Shown here piece after piece: positions 16,601 through 25,697 of a stretch of 64,000 nt of DNA. Origin of the DNA: a virus (Duplodnaviria; Caudoviricetes). The stretch's first letter is position 1. Every line of letters begins with the position of its first letter. The notes under the pieces are model-generated. The model was not told where the DNA came from. It was given only the letters and a program-made list of their open reading frames with translations, and did not search any database. Both the position numbers and the translations under genes were made by a program. The stretch is from positions 6,769 through 70,768 of the IMG/VR virus record IMGVR_UViG_3300030330_005082; one strand, written 5' to 3'.

Positions 16601-17962
16601 ATGCCGGACGAAAAGACGGCAAATATCAAGGGGGCTATCGGAGTACATAGTGTATTCCTTGCGGCCAAACTGGACGATAAGATGGTGGGTAGGTTTACTC
16701 ACCGATCGGGCCGGAAACTATTGGATTCCAATGGCACAGAGGCAACCAAGCGATCAATCGCAGACGTGATGGTCTACATGGCAGGGACATACGGGAAGTC
16801 CCTAACCATTGAAGAGGTTGAGATTGGATTGTTGGCTGCTGCAAAAGAGTTTGAACCAAAGAAGGAAACGTCTTTGAATCAACTGAAGGAGCAGTACAAG
16901 CAACAGATAGACGGTGAGTTGACTGAGGCTGACATTGGTTTGGATCTCAATGGAATGATTGAAGATCACCAGTTGAATGCAAACGGAGAAGTCAGTGCAT
17001 CGAAGGCAGAAAAAGCACTTGCGCTTGTGTTGCGTGATCTTGGATGGGAGAGCCACAGAAGCCAGGTGGATGGTGATCGCCTGTATCGTTGGTATCCACC
17101 AAAGAGTTTCTTCGGCACTGAAGCCCTACCAGACTTGAACGAAGTAGATGACGTAGGCTTTGAGATCGATGAGATCGATGACGACATCGTTGTCGAGATT
17201 GAAACTGATTCTACAGATGAAGATTGGGTTGATCTTGAGTTGTCCGAGTTTGTTGAAGAGGAACCAGAACCCAAGAAAGAACGGAAGAGTAAGCCCGGTG
17301 TAAAGCCAGACCAATACATGGTGAGTCTGATGACAAACCAAAACACTGGTCTGACCATCAATGATGCAGGCATATCGTCATTCGACATTGCCATTCGTTA
17401 CTACGACTTCATTGGAAACGACATCGCTACTCCCGAGTCTGAAGAACAACTAAGTCACAAGGTCAAGCTTGCAGTAGGTGCGACCATGAAAGCACTTGGT
17501 TGGAAGAAGAAAATGCGGAACGGCGTTAATGGCTGGCATCCAACCGATGATGCGAACTTGATCTATGCAGAGCCAGAGATTGATCCTGATACAGTGATCC
17601 TTAGAAAGAAGGAAGAAGTAGTAGAAGTAGTAGAGGAAGCGGAAGAGAAGAGCCCAATAGAATCTCTACCTCGACTGAAAGAGCAGCCAGTTGAGGATGA
17701 TTTACCCTGGCCAGATATGGACGCAGAGTTCACCGATGGTGAGCCTGAGTCTGAGCCTGAGTCGGAACCTGAACCAGACGATGGCATGGAATGGGTAAAG
17801 ATAATCAACATCCCCGAAGGGACGGAAGATGTTGAAGAGATGGAAGTGATCAAAGACAAGACCATGACATATGTGATGTCTGGAGATGGGACGCCACTGT
17901 ACCTGGAGTGGGATGCAGATGAGTCTATCTGGACGTACACTATCGAAGGGTCGGAGGAATAG
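16601..17962 (+). CDS. Acidic protein with two VapE-C-terminal-like winged-helix repeats and no ATPase core
   Basis: VLRDLGWESHRSQVDGDRLYRW and VGATMKALGWKK align with IMRQLGYERVRRRIYGDRKYVW of the 22880 protein; no Walker A motif seen. Confidence 0.75.
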   Translation: MPDEKTANIKGAIGVHSVFLAAKLDDKMVGRFTHRSGRKLLDSNGTEATKRSIADVMVYMAGTYGKSLTIEEVEIGLLAAAKEFEPKKETSLNQLKEQYKQQIDGELTEADIGLDLNGMIEDHQLNANGEVSASKAEKALALVLRDLGWESHRSQVDGDRLYRWYPPKSFFGTEALPDLNEVDDVGFEIDEIDDDIVVEIETDSTDEDWVDLELSEFVEEEPEPKKERKSKPGVKPDQYMVSLMTNQNTGLTINDAGISSFDIAIRYYDFIGNDIATPESEEQLSHKVKLAVGATMKALGWKKKMRNGVNGWHPTDDANLIYAEPEIDPDTVILRKKEEVVEVVEEAEEKSPIESLPRLKEQPVEDDLPWPDMDAEFTDGEPESEPESEPEPDDGMEWVKIINIPEGTEDVEEMEVIKDKTMTYVMSGDGTPLYLEWDADESIWTYTIEGSEE

Positions 17963-18041
17963 ATCCAGCCACGCGCAGGGAGGCATGGCGTACAGATGCC
18001 TCACCCACTATATTTAGAGAAACACCACCAAGAGATGCACC

Positions 18042-19469
18042 ATGACCGACAACAGATGCGTAACAAGCGGAGGCTATTTCATACCGATAAATAGCCCGGT
18101 TCTTGAGCAGATACGGGACAGATATAAATGCCAGAACCCAGCATACGCACAAGCCCATGCACTGCGGGACAGGGGCAAGTGGGTCAACATACCTGATGCT
18201 CATGTCTATGCATGCCAGACGATACCTTTGTGGCATCAGTGGGGTGGAGGTCAGATGATCCCAAGAGGGATCGACATGAGAGAATATGGACTGGACCACA
18301 TTGATAAGACTACGTTTCCTCCATTCAGAGATGGCGATCAGAAGCTGCAGTTCAATGGTGAGATAAGTTTAAGAGATTATCAAGCCGAGGGCGTGGATGC
18401 CTTGTTGCGTGAGTCGCAGGGGCTCATCGTTGCGCCATGTGGTGCGGGCAAGACCATGATGGGCATTGGATCGCTGATACGGTACGAAACGCGCACAGTC
18501 ATACTGGTGCATACAAATGACCTGGCACAACAATGGAAGCAACGCATCGAAGCTCAGGTGCGAACGGAGAGCGGTGAGGTTCCCAACGTCACGATGTGGG
18601 GCGGCAGCAAGAAGGATGATTCAGGTCAGATTGTAATCGCCATGTTCCAGTCGCTATCCAAGATGCGGTTCGATGACATGCTGGAGTTTGGTAAGCAGTT
18701 TGGTGTCTGCATCGTGGATGAGGCACACCACGTTCCCGCCACTACATTTAGTGTTGTAATGATGGGAATGCCTGCCAGGGTAAGACTGGCGCTGACTGCG
18801 ACACCTGATCGTCCAGATGGACTGAGTGACATCCTGTACTGGCACTTTGGTACAACGCTGAAGCGGATCACTACGCCCGAGTTGATTGAGAAAGGCAACG
18901 TCTTGTCGCCTACTGTGAAGTTTCATCCAACGCTGTGGAAGCCTGAAGGTCAGAAAGAATGGATGAAAATGATCAACGATATGTGTGCCTCAAAGGATCG
19001 TAACGAACAGATACTTGCGATCGTAGAGAAGATGGTGTCGGACGGTCGTCAGATACTGGTTCTGTCCGACCGAGTTCAACACTGCATAGACTTGGCTGAA
19101 GAGACTTCAAACCGTGGTATCAGTGCCGCTACGCTGGTTGGTAAGATGACCAAGAAGCAACGCGCAGAAGTTCTTAGACTCGCAGACGATAGAGAGATAA
19201 GTGCATTGTTCGCAACGACTGTAGCCGATGAGGGACTTGATCTACCTGGTCTGGATACGTTGATGCTTACTACTCCTACCAAGTCTATGGGTAGGATCCA
19301 ACAACGGATTGGCAGAATCATGCGACGTGCAGATAACAAAAAACAGCCGCTGGTAATCGACTTGGTTGATGCTGCTAAGGCTCTGTTTTTTATGCACAAG
19401 AAGCGTTCACGTTTCTACGAACAAGTTGGTTGTACTGTACAAAAGGTGGGCACTGGGGCGATTTTATGA
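18042..19469 (+). CDS. SF2 DEAD/DEAH-box helicase (SSL2/UvsW-like)
   Basis: LRDYQ Q-motif, APCGAGKT, DEAHH, TAT, EGLDLP, QRIGRIMR. Confidence 0.93.
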   Translation: MTDNRCVTSGGYFIPINSPVLEQIRDRYKCQNPAYAQAHALRDRGKWVNIPDAHVYACQTIPLWHQWGGGQMIPRGIDMREYGLDHIDKTTFPPFRDGDQKLQFNGEISLRDYQAEGVDALLRESQGLIVAPCGAGKTMMGIGSLIRYETRTVILVHTNDLAQQWKQRIEAQVRTESGEVPNVTMWGGSKKDDSGQIVIAMFQSLSKMRFDDMLEFGKQFGVCIVDEAHHVPATTFSVVMMGMPARVRLALTATPDRPDGLSDILYWHFGTTLKRITTPELIEKGNVLSPTVKFHPTLWKPEGQKEWMKMINDMCASKDRNEQILAIVEKMVSDGRQILVLSDRVQHCIDLAEETSNRGISAATLVGKMTKKQRAEVLRLADDREISALFATTVADEGLDLPGLDTLMLTTPTKSMGRIQQRIGRIMRRADNKKQPLVIDLVDAAKALFFMHKKRSRFYEQVGCTVQKVGTGAIL

Positions 19470-19744
19470 CGTGCCCCAAATGCTTAAAAAAAACCAAGGT
19501 ACTGGCGACCAGAACGCCACAGAAACCTGGGAAGGGATCTGAAGTAAACAAAGGTAACGAGTTGGTCGGTTGGTACACTCCTGATTTTGTGGTGCGCAAA
19601 CGACAATGTACATCTTGTCACTACAGCTTTCATACAATCGAACTGTCTTTTGATGACGTGTCATCAATCATTCAAGAATCTTCTGATGGGCATGCGCCTA
19701 TTGAGATGCATTCTCATATAAACAAAACAAAGGAGCGATCATGA
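19466..19744 (+). CDS. NrdR-like zinc-ribbon protein
   Basis: MTCPKC...TKVLATR...VRKRQCTSCHYSFHTIE. Confidence 0.75.
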   Translation: MTCPKCLKKTKVLATRTPQKPGKGSEVNKGNELVGWYTPDFVVRKRQCTSCHYSFHTIELSFDDVSSIIQESSDGHAPIEMHSHINKTKERS

Positions 19745-20139
19745 ATAAGGTGATCATCAGTGGTAACCTTGGGCAGAAGCCTGAGATTCGAAAAGCAAAC
19801 AGCGGTAACTCAGTAGGCAATTTCAGTATTGCTACAAACCAGAGAGTCAAGAAGGGTGACGAATTGGTCGATCAAACTGATTGGCATCGCATCGTAGTGT
19901 TTGGAAAGACCGCTGAAAACTGTGAACGGTTCTTGGACAAGGGCTCCAAGGTTATTGTAGAAGGTCGATTGCAGAACCGATCATACGAGGACAAACAGGG
20001 CAACCAGCGCAAGACTACAGAGATTGTTGCAAGCAACGTAGAGTTTTTGAACCGAGTTGAAAATGGTGCTGGTGAATCTCAATCGCGACCACAGCAGCAG
20101 TCCAACAACTCTTTCCGTGACGAAGAGATACCTTTTTAG
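19741..20139 (+). CDS. ssb: Single-stranded DNA-binding protein
   Basis: MNKVIISGNLG, TDWHRIVVFGK, KGSKVIVEGRL, acidic DEEIPF tail. Confidence 0.97.
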   Translation: MNKVIISGNLGQKPEIRKANSGNSVGNFSIATNQRVKKGDELVDQTDWHRIVVFGKTAENCERFLDKGSKVIVEGRLQNRSYEDKQGNQRKTTEIVASNVEFLNRVENGAGESQSRPQQQSNNSFRDEEIPF

Positions 20140-20147
20140 AAACCAAA

Positions 20148-20221
20148 TGGGGTGAGGCGCCACAGGCAGGCGCACCGGGTTGTTACCCCGGAGGTTGTTG
20201 GTTCGAGTCCAACCGCCCCAG
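20148..20221 (+). tRNA. tRNA-Asn (GTT), CCA not encoded, atypical A8 and D-arm
   Basis: Acceptor TGGGGTG/CGCCCCA; D stem GCGC/GCGC; anticodon stem CCGGG/CCCGG with loop TTGTTAC; T arm GTTGG-TTCGAGT-CCAAC; discriminator G. Confidence 0.85.
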
Positions 20222-20359
20222 TTTTTTTTTCACTTTCCACTTTACTTTTGTCTCTGCCGCGCAATTCCATAATGTAATGGGAAGTGTCATGGCTTCCTTT
20301 GGCCCAGCAGGGAGGCATGTGGGTGGTTGAATAGATGCCTCATTTATAAAGGAGCAAAT

Positions 20360-20578
20360 ATGCAAAAAGATGAAAAGCCAAAAGCGATTGTCGATTGGTT
20401 TGAATGGGATGAAGGTGATGTAGATTGGTTTGTATTTCCAGCGAAATGGCAGATCGACGAAATCGCATTGGAAGAACTGGGAATTGAGTCTGGATCTTGG
20501 GTTGCAGACACAAGTAAAGATCCTTTGTGTGTTTTTGATACCGAGCAAGAAGCTGTAGATTTTGTGTCGGCTCTATAA
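20360..20578 (+). CDS. Small acidic hypothetical protein
   Basis: AAGGAG RBS, ATG 20360. Confidence 0.7.
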   Translation: MQKDEKPKAIVDWFEWDEGDVDWFVFPAKWQIDEIALEELGIESGSWVADTSKDPLCVFDTEQEAVDFVSAL

Positions 20579-20648
20579 TTTCAAAAAATCTTAATTGCTT
20601 TTTCCATGTCGGACCTTGTGTGGTCGATCAGTAAAATGTGAGCTAAGT

Positions 20649-21029
20649 TTACTGTGAGACCATGCCCATTCTGACAACAACCCTGTTTGGTGGATTGACC
20701 AATACGTTTGAATTGCTGTTTACACCTGGCTGCAAAGACGCATAATACATGATGCCGTTTGTAAATGAAATTGGTTCAGTCATGTATGTGTAGCAGATGG
20801 TTCCAGCAGGGCAGTAAAACTGATAAAAATGTTGCGACGATGTAGTAACACCTGTGTTTGCTTGAAACAGCTTAACGTATACTGGCTGCGCACCTTGGTT
20901 GTTTGATATTTCAATATAATAGAGATTTTGTGATGTTGCTGCAGCAGTTTGGACCGTCAAACCAACGTTGTTATCAAAAACCAACGTCGGTATGAGCGGT
21001 GATGTTGCGATTTTAGTTTGTACAGCCAT
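20649..21029 (-). CDS. Beta-sandwich protein B1 (paralogue of 32725..33117)
   Basis: IEISNNQGAQPVYVKL vs IQINNEANSTPVYLKI. Confidence 0.75.
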   Translation of the reverse strand: MAVQTKIATSPLIPTLVFDNNVGLTVQTAAATSQNLYYIEISNNQGAQPVYVKLFQANTGVTTSSQHFYQFYCPAGTICYTYMTEPISFTNGIMYYASLQPGVNSNSNVLVNPPNRVVVRMGMVSQ

Positions 21030-21036
21030 GAAAACC

Positions 21037-21408
21037 TCAAGAGCAAAGAATGACTACTTTAGTAGTGCCAGGTGCAGTGGTATCGGAAGTTGCTAAATTT
21101 CTAGAAGTGTAGAAAGAAAGAACAGTAAAAGGAAGACCGTTCGGAAATTCATAACGCTCACTAGTGTTGCTTCCGCAGGCCAAAACTAAATCGGGCTCTG
21201 TCGTTCCAACTGTAGGAGTGGTTGAATTTCTCAAAAAGAACTTTGAAATTCCACCGTTTGAGTTGTCGGTATTTGTAAGCGTGATGCAGTAAATTCTACC
21301 AGAACTTCCGGTTGCGTTCTCCACCAATGTCGTTCCAGAAGATGTTTCTTGAACAATCTTATATGCTGAATTGGCTGAATTTTCAAAACCATGAACAGTC
21401 AACGCCAT
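21037..21408 (-). CDS. Beta-sandwich protein A1 (paralogue of 33125..33496)
   Basis: MAL...FE...YKIV.ET, G.IY.I.L.N, P.G.PFT..SF, terminal CS; both 123 aa; GGAG RBS. Confidence 0.8.
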   Translation of the reverse strand: MALTVHGFENSANSAYKIVQETSSGTTLVENATGSSGRIYCITLTNTDNSNGGISKFFLRNSTTPTVGTTEPDLVLACGSNTSERYEFPNGLPFTVLSFYTSRNLATSDTTAPGTTKVVILCS

Positions 21409-21495
21409 GTTGTCTCCAAAAAATAGTCAGATGTATCCTAACAGATTTTATATCATTCAGTGTTTTAGCGCACCCACTAAATATAGTTTCTTTTT

Positions 21496-21524
21496 TTGAC
21501 AACAACCACGTCGTTTACTAATGT
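21496..21524 (+). promoter_or_regulatory. sigma70-type promoter for the HTH-primase-VapE operon
   Basis: TTGACA-N17-TAATGT. Confidence 0.8.
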
Positions 21525-21548
21525 AGCAACACCAAAGGGAGGCAACAC

Positions 21549-21818
21549 ATGACCACAGACAATGACTTTGTAATCGATACGAATCCAGCCTTGCAGGCGC
21601 TGGTAAACTCAGTTGCTGATACATATCGTGAAGCAGGACGAGTCTTGGGTGTTTCGCACACGCACATTTGGCACTCTCTCAATGGAAAAAGAAAGCCGAT
21701 TACAGTCAACTTGTTGGTGAAATACGCTCAACGCGCCAGGGCAAAGACCGGTGTTGCTATGAGTTTTTGGATCACGGAAGAAGGCAGGCTGAAGTATAAG
21801 CTTCACAACAGTGATTGA
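21549..21818 (+). CDS. XRE-like helix-turn-helix protein
   Basis: TYREAGRVLGVSHTHIWHSLNGKRKPIT; GGGAGG RBS. Confidence 0.75.
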   Translation: MTTDNDFVIDTNPALQALVNSVADTYREAGRVLGVSHTHIWHSLNGKRKPITVNLLVKYAQRARAKTGVAMSFWITEEGRLKYKLHNSD

Positions 21819-21870
21819 CCGTCACTGATAAAGTTAACCTTTCCCTCTTCCCCCCAAAAAATTCACAGAG

Positions 21871-22887
21871 ATGGAGCTAAACGTGTGGTTGCGTGCAGCG
21901 GAGTCAATAGCAGTATCAGAAATAGCAAGTAGATTAGGATTACAGGTCAGGCAAAACAATTCCTTTGCACCATGCCCAGCCTGTCACGCAGTCAAGAGAG
22001 GATCCACAGACAAGAGAGGTCCAATTGGATTGCGTAGTGACAATAAAGGTTGGAAATGTCACAGATGTAATGCTGGTGGTTCTGGCATTGATCTCGTATC
22101 TTTCGTCTTAAATGGGCAACGTTTTTCCGAATCAGACACGTTTGGAAAGAATAAAGTTCAGGCTTGGTTTGATATAAAGCAAGAAGAAGATCCTTCTATT
22201 ATGAAAAAGCCTCAACCGATACGAGGTAAAAGACCACCTAAGAAGGAAGTTCACAGCTTGTGGGCTGCATCAAAAAAACTAAATCAACTAGAAAAAAGCG
22301 ATCAAGCTCTCGTTTTTCTTCGCAGCAGAAACTTAGATTTGCAGTCCGTATCTAAATCTGGAGTCGTCAGGATCACTCCCGATAGAATGCAATACCAATG
22401 GCCAGATTGGTGGCCAGCAGGTCGTAGTGCTCTATGGAGATTAATCGTGCCAGCATTCAACACAGATGGTGAGTTTGTCAGTCTCCACACAAGGGCAGTG
22501 GAAGTTCCAAAATCAGGACCGAAAACCTTGTGGCCAAAAGGTTTTGAAGCCAAAAGCTTGTTTATGCCCAACAGATACGCAGTCAAGATGATTCGTAAAG
22601 TAGACACACCCATCGATGGTCTTTTATTTGTCGAAGGTATCACCGACTTTATTAAATGTTCAGCCGAAGTTGAAAGCCAAGACCTTAAGATAGCGGTTCT
22701 TGGGGGTACTTCTGGATCATTTGGAGCCGTTTCAAAACTAAACATTCCCAAGGATCTGAAGATTTACATCGGAACCGACCCCGATGAAAAAGGTGAAGAA
22801 TATGCACAAACAATCCGTTTGCAGTTGAATGGAAGATTGACATATAGGATTCCTCTAGATCGGTTTGGAGGGTCGTCTGATGTTTGA
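21871..22887 (+). CDS. DNA primase (Zn-binding domain plus TOPRIM)
   Basis: CPACH...WKCHRC Zn domain; LFVEGITDF and GTDPDEKG TOPRIM motifs. Confidence 0.88.
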   Translation: MELNVWLRAAESIAVSEIASRLGLQVRQNNSFAPCPACHAVKRGSTDKRGPIGLRSDNKGWKCHRCNAGGSGIDLVSFVLNGQRFSESDTFGKNKVQAWFDIKQEEDPSIMKKPQPIRGKRPPKKEVHSLWAASKKLNQLEKSDQALVFLRSRNLDLQSVSKSGVVRITPDRMQYQWPDWWPAGRSALWRLIVPAFNTDGEFVSLHTRAVEVPKSGPKTLWPKGFEAKSLFMPNRYAVKMIRKVDTPIDGLLFVEGITDFIKCSAEVESQDLKIAVLGGTSGSFGAVSKLNIPKDLKIYIGTDPDEKGEEYAQTIRLQLNGRLTYRIPLDRFGGSSDV

Positions 22888-24217
22888 TATCGATACCATT
22901 TTGGACGGAAAAGAAGGCTCACCAAGGCTTTCAGACCTTTTAAAAGCTGCCGAAGATGCGTATGAAAAAGGTGAACAAAGAGGTATTGATTCGAGCGTAG
23001 TCAGTCATCTTGAAACGCAAACTGGTCGAGATGGCGTCGAAAAAATCAAACCGACCTTACCAAATCTCCTGTCTATCTTGGAAAACGACAAGCGTTGGAA
23101 GAAAAAGATTTGGCTCAATGAGTTTAGCAACGCCATCTACATGAATGATGACCCACTTAAAGACACTGACTACACACGTATCAAGCGTTGGATGCACAGA
23201 CATTACAACACTCACTTCACTACAGACTCGATTGTTGAAGCCACAAACTACATTGCGGAGTTGAACGGTAGAAATCCACTCACCGAATGGCTCGATAAGA
23301 ACGTGTGGGATGGAGTACCAAGAGCAGACGAATGGCTGATTCGAGGATGTGGTGCAGAAGATAACGAGTTGAATCGTGAAATTGGACGTAGATGGCTCAT
23401 ACAGTGCGTTGCAAGAGCGATGAACCCTGGTTGTAAGGCAGACTGCGTACTCATCCTTGTGGGGCCACAGGGAGCAAAGAAAAGCACAACGTTTCGCACA
23501 CTTGCGACACAAGAGTATTTCTGTGACACGCCAATGGATATCGGATCAAGCAACGCCTACATGCAGATCCATAGGGCTTGGATATATGAGGTAGCAGAGC
23601 TTGATTCGATTAGACGTGCTCGGAACAGCAGCACAAAAGCATTCTTGTCCGCACAAGAGGATACTTTTCGATTGCCTTACGCTCGACAGACCGTGACGCT
23701 GCAAAGACATACTGTGTTTTGCGGAACCACAAACAAGGCTGAGTTCATCACCGATGAAACAGGATCACGTCGATACTGGCCAATCCAAGTTGGTAAAATG
23801 GATTTGAACTGGACCGAAAAGAACCGTGAGCAACTGTGGGCAGAGGCTGCAGTGGCGTACAAGAACGGTGAGAAGTGGTACTTGGAGCAAGAATCACAGG
23901 AAGTCTTGGATACCCAATCGTCTGACTTCCGACAGTTCGACCCATGGCATGAAGTAATTGAACGATTCATTAGTGGAAACGGACTGAATTGCTCGACTAC
24001 TGAAATCATGGAGCGTGGATTGAAACTCGAAAAGTATCAAATGACACGGTCATCAGAAATGCGTGTTGGAGATATTATGCGTCAGCTTGGATACGAAAGA
24101 GTCAGAAGAAGAATTTACGGAGATCGTAAATACGTTTGGGTTCAAAACAAAAAAGACAACGTAATTGAGATCGACAAACCGAAAGCTGTAGTAGAAAATG
24201 TAGATGTGGAGTTCTGA
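22880..24217 (+). CDS. VapE-family SF3 replicative helicase
   Basis: LVGPQGAKKST Walker A, YEVAELD, FRLPYAR, FCGTTN..EFITDETGSRRYWP; GGAGGG RBS. Confidence 0.92.
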   Translation: MFDIDTILDGKEGSPRLSDLLKAAEDAYEKGEQRGIDSSVVSHLETQTGRDGVEKIKPTLPNLLSILENDKRWKKKIWLNEFSNAIYMNDDPLKDTDYTRIKRWMHRHYNTHFTTDSIVEATNYIAELNGRNPLTEWLDKNVWDGVPRADEWLIRGCGAEDNELNREIGRRWLIQCVARAMNPGCKADCVLILVGPQGAKKSTTFRTLATQEYFCDTPMDIGSSNAYMQIHRAWIYEVAELDSIRRARNSSTKAFLSAQEDTFRLPYARQTVTLQRHTVFCGTTNKAEFITDETGSRRYWPIQVGKMDLNWTEKNREQLWAEAAVAYKNGEKWYLEQESQEVLDTQSSDFRQFDPWHEVIERFISGNGLNCSTTEIMERGLKLEKYQMTRSSEMRVGDIMRQLGYERVRRRIYGDRKYVWVQNKKDNVIEIDKPKAVVENVDVEF

Positions 24218-24798
24218 TGGAGAACGTGGTTCCAAACGATGTACAAGAGAGGATCGATACCTTTCTTACGGAAGAAGATAAAAACAGAATATTATCGAAC
24301 AATCGTATGAATAAGGTTCGAGTATTCCCAGGTAACGAGATGTTTCACCTGTACTCCGAAGCCAACCGTGCAAAAGAGTTTTTGGAAAACGGGCACTACA
24401 TCAATGTGCTTGGTTTTGGTATCGACCATCTGATGGGCAGGCAGGTTTTTAGTGATTGGTCTGACATGATCAATCTGCCAAACGTAGAAGAGCGAACCAA
24501 GAACCTTTTGGTAGACTGCATCGATGATGGCAGAATCGTGGATTCGTTACGCATAGATAAAATCTACGCATGGATTAAAATCACGCCACACTTAGCAATG
24601 ACGATCACAGAATCTATCCGTGATCAACTTCGTAAAAGTGTGGATATCTTGTGGGCAAGTTGTGTCATCGACAACAAAGCATTCAGTATTCACAACCATG
24701 AAACTGCACAGAAAATGATGAAAGACATTATCGATCATTGGTCGCAAACAGTTACAATTCCACACAGAGGTATCGGAGTACGAAACCTTTTGGACTGA
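24217..24798 (+). CDS. Hypothetical protein
   Basis: 193 aa, coupled start. Confidence 0.75.
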   Translation: MENVVPNDVQERIDTFLTEEDKNRILSNNRMNKVRVFPGNEMFHLYSEANRAKEFLENGHYINVLGFGIDHLMGRQVFSDWSDMINLPNVEERTKNLLVDCIDDGRIVDSLRIDKIYAWIKITPHLAMTITESIRDQLRKSVDILWASCVIDNKAFSIHNHETAQKMMKDIIDHWSQTVTIPHRGIGVRNLLD

Positions 24799-24800
24799 AC

Positions 24801-25025
24801 ATGCCTGCTTTGAAACAAATCAAACAACAATGGAAGATGCCATCTGCCTGGAAAATATTCCAAGAAGATGATGAAATTGAAGTTTGTGATTGCGAGGGTG
24901 ATTTTGTGATGAGTTCAGTGACTCAAGACAATGTCATAGAAGCCGTGAATGAACACAGAGAAAAGGTAAAAACAGAAGCAGTAATGAAGCTGCTTCTGGA
25001 TTTATCTGATGATCACGAAGCTTAG
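24801..25025 (+). CDS. Small hypothetical protein
   Basis: ATG 24801, last gene of the operon. Confidence 0.55.
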   Translation: MPALKQIKQQWKMPSAWKIFQEDDEIEVCDCEGDFVMSSVTQDNVIEAVNEHREKVKTEAVMKLLLDLSDDHEA

Positions 25026-25330
25026 GACTTCTTCTTATAAGTTGCTTTCTTTTTAGCAGGCGCCTTCTTTTTAGCAGGTGCCTTCTTTTTTGCAACGCTC
25101 AACTTAACGGTATCATCCGCAGTCCCAAGCTTGCCATCTGCTCCAGCACTTACTTTGGCTTCAATCATCCCGACTTTAACCTTTACGCTTTCTGGCTTAT
25201 CTGCTTTCGCTTCAAGCTCACTGATGTATGCATAAAGAGTCGTAATCACGTTGTTCAAATTATATCCGTGTTGGCAAGCCTTCTTACCTACTACAACGCG
25301 CATAGCATCTACTGTTTCTTTCAAACTCAT
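25022..25330 (-). CDS. Protein with histone-H1-like KKKAPA tail
   Basis: ATG 25330 with GGAG; AGADGKLGTADD and KKKAPAKKKAPAKKKA (18-bp tandem repeat about 25049-25095). Confidence 0.75.
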   Translation of the reverse strand: MSLKETVDAMRVVVGKKACQHGYNLNNVITTLYAYISELEAKADKPESVKVKVGMIEAKVSAGADGKLGTADDTVKLSVAKKKAPAKKKAPAKKKATYKKKS

Positions 25331-25344
25331 TTCAAACTCCAAAT

Positions 25345-25584
25345 TTATAAACGTAGCCTTGCCGAAAGACCAGGCCATTCTCTCACAGAAACGGCTCCAC
25401 CTGTTGCCTTTTCTATACCTATCGCAAGAGGCAAGGAAGGTGTTTTGCGACCATATTCGAGGTCTCGCAAATATCCAATGCTGATCTTCATCTCGAAACG
25501 CACCAGTTCTCCGTTCAACCATTGAACAAAAGATACTCTTGTACTTCGTCCCGGCAGGCTTTTTCTATACTCAGCGATGATCAT
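25345..25584 (-). CDS. Cro/XRE-like HTH regulator
   Basis: ISIGYLRDLEYGRKTPSLPLAIGIEKATGGAVSVREW, Cro/YdaS-like. Confidence 0.8.
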   Translation of the reverse strand: MIIAEYRKSLPGRSTRVSFVQWLNGELVRFEMKISIGYLRDLEYGRKTPSLPLAIGIEKATGGAVSVREWPGLSARLRL

Positions 25585-25650
25585 TAGACACACCTTTGGT
25601 TGATACAATATCGAAGCGGACACTATTTGTCCATCTTTGGGTGTGGCTCC

Positions 25651-25679
25651 TTGACACACTTTGCAATAAAGAGTACTCT
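25651..25679 (+). promoter_or_regulatory. sigma70-type promoter for the recombination operon
   Basis: TTGACA-N17-TACTCT. Confidence 0.85.
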
Positions 25680-25697
25680 CAAATCAAGAGAGGAACA

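Noticed and set aside
20148-21410. tRNA 3' end as the attachment site for the inverted two-gene cassette
   Set aside because: No direct repeat of the tRNA 3' end found on the far side and no integrase.
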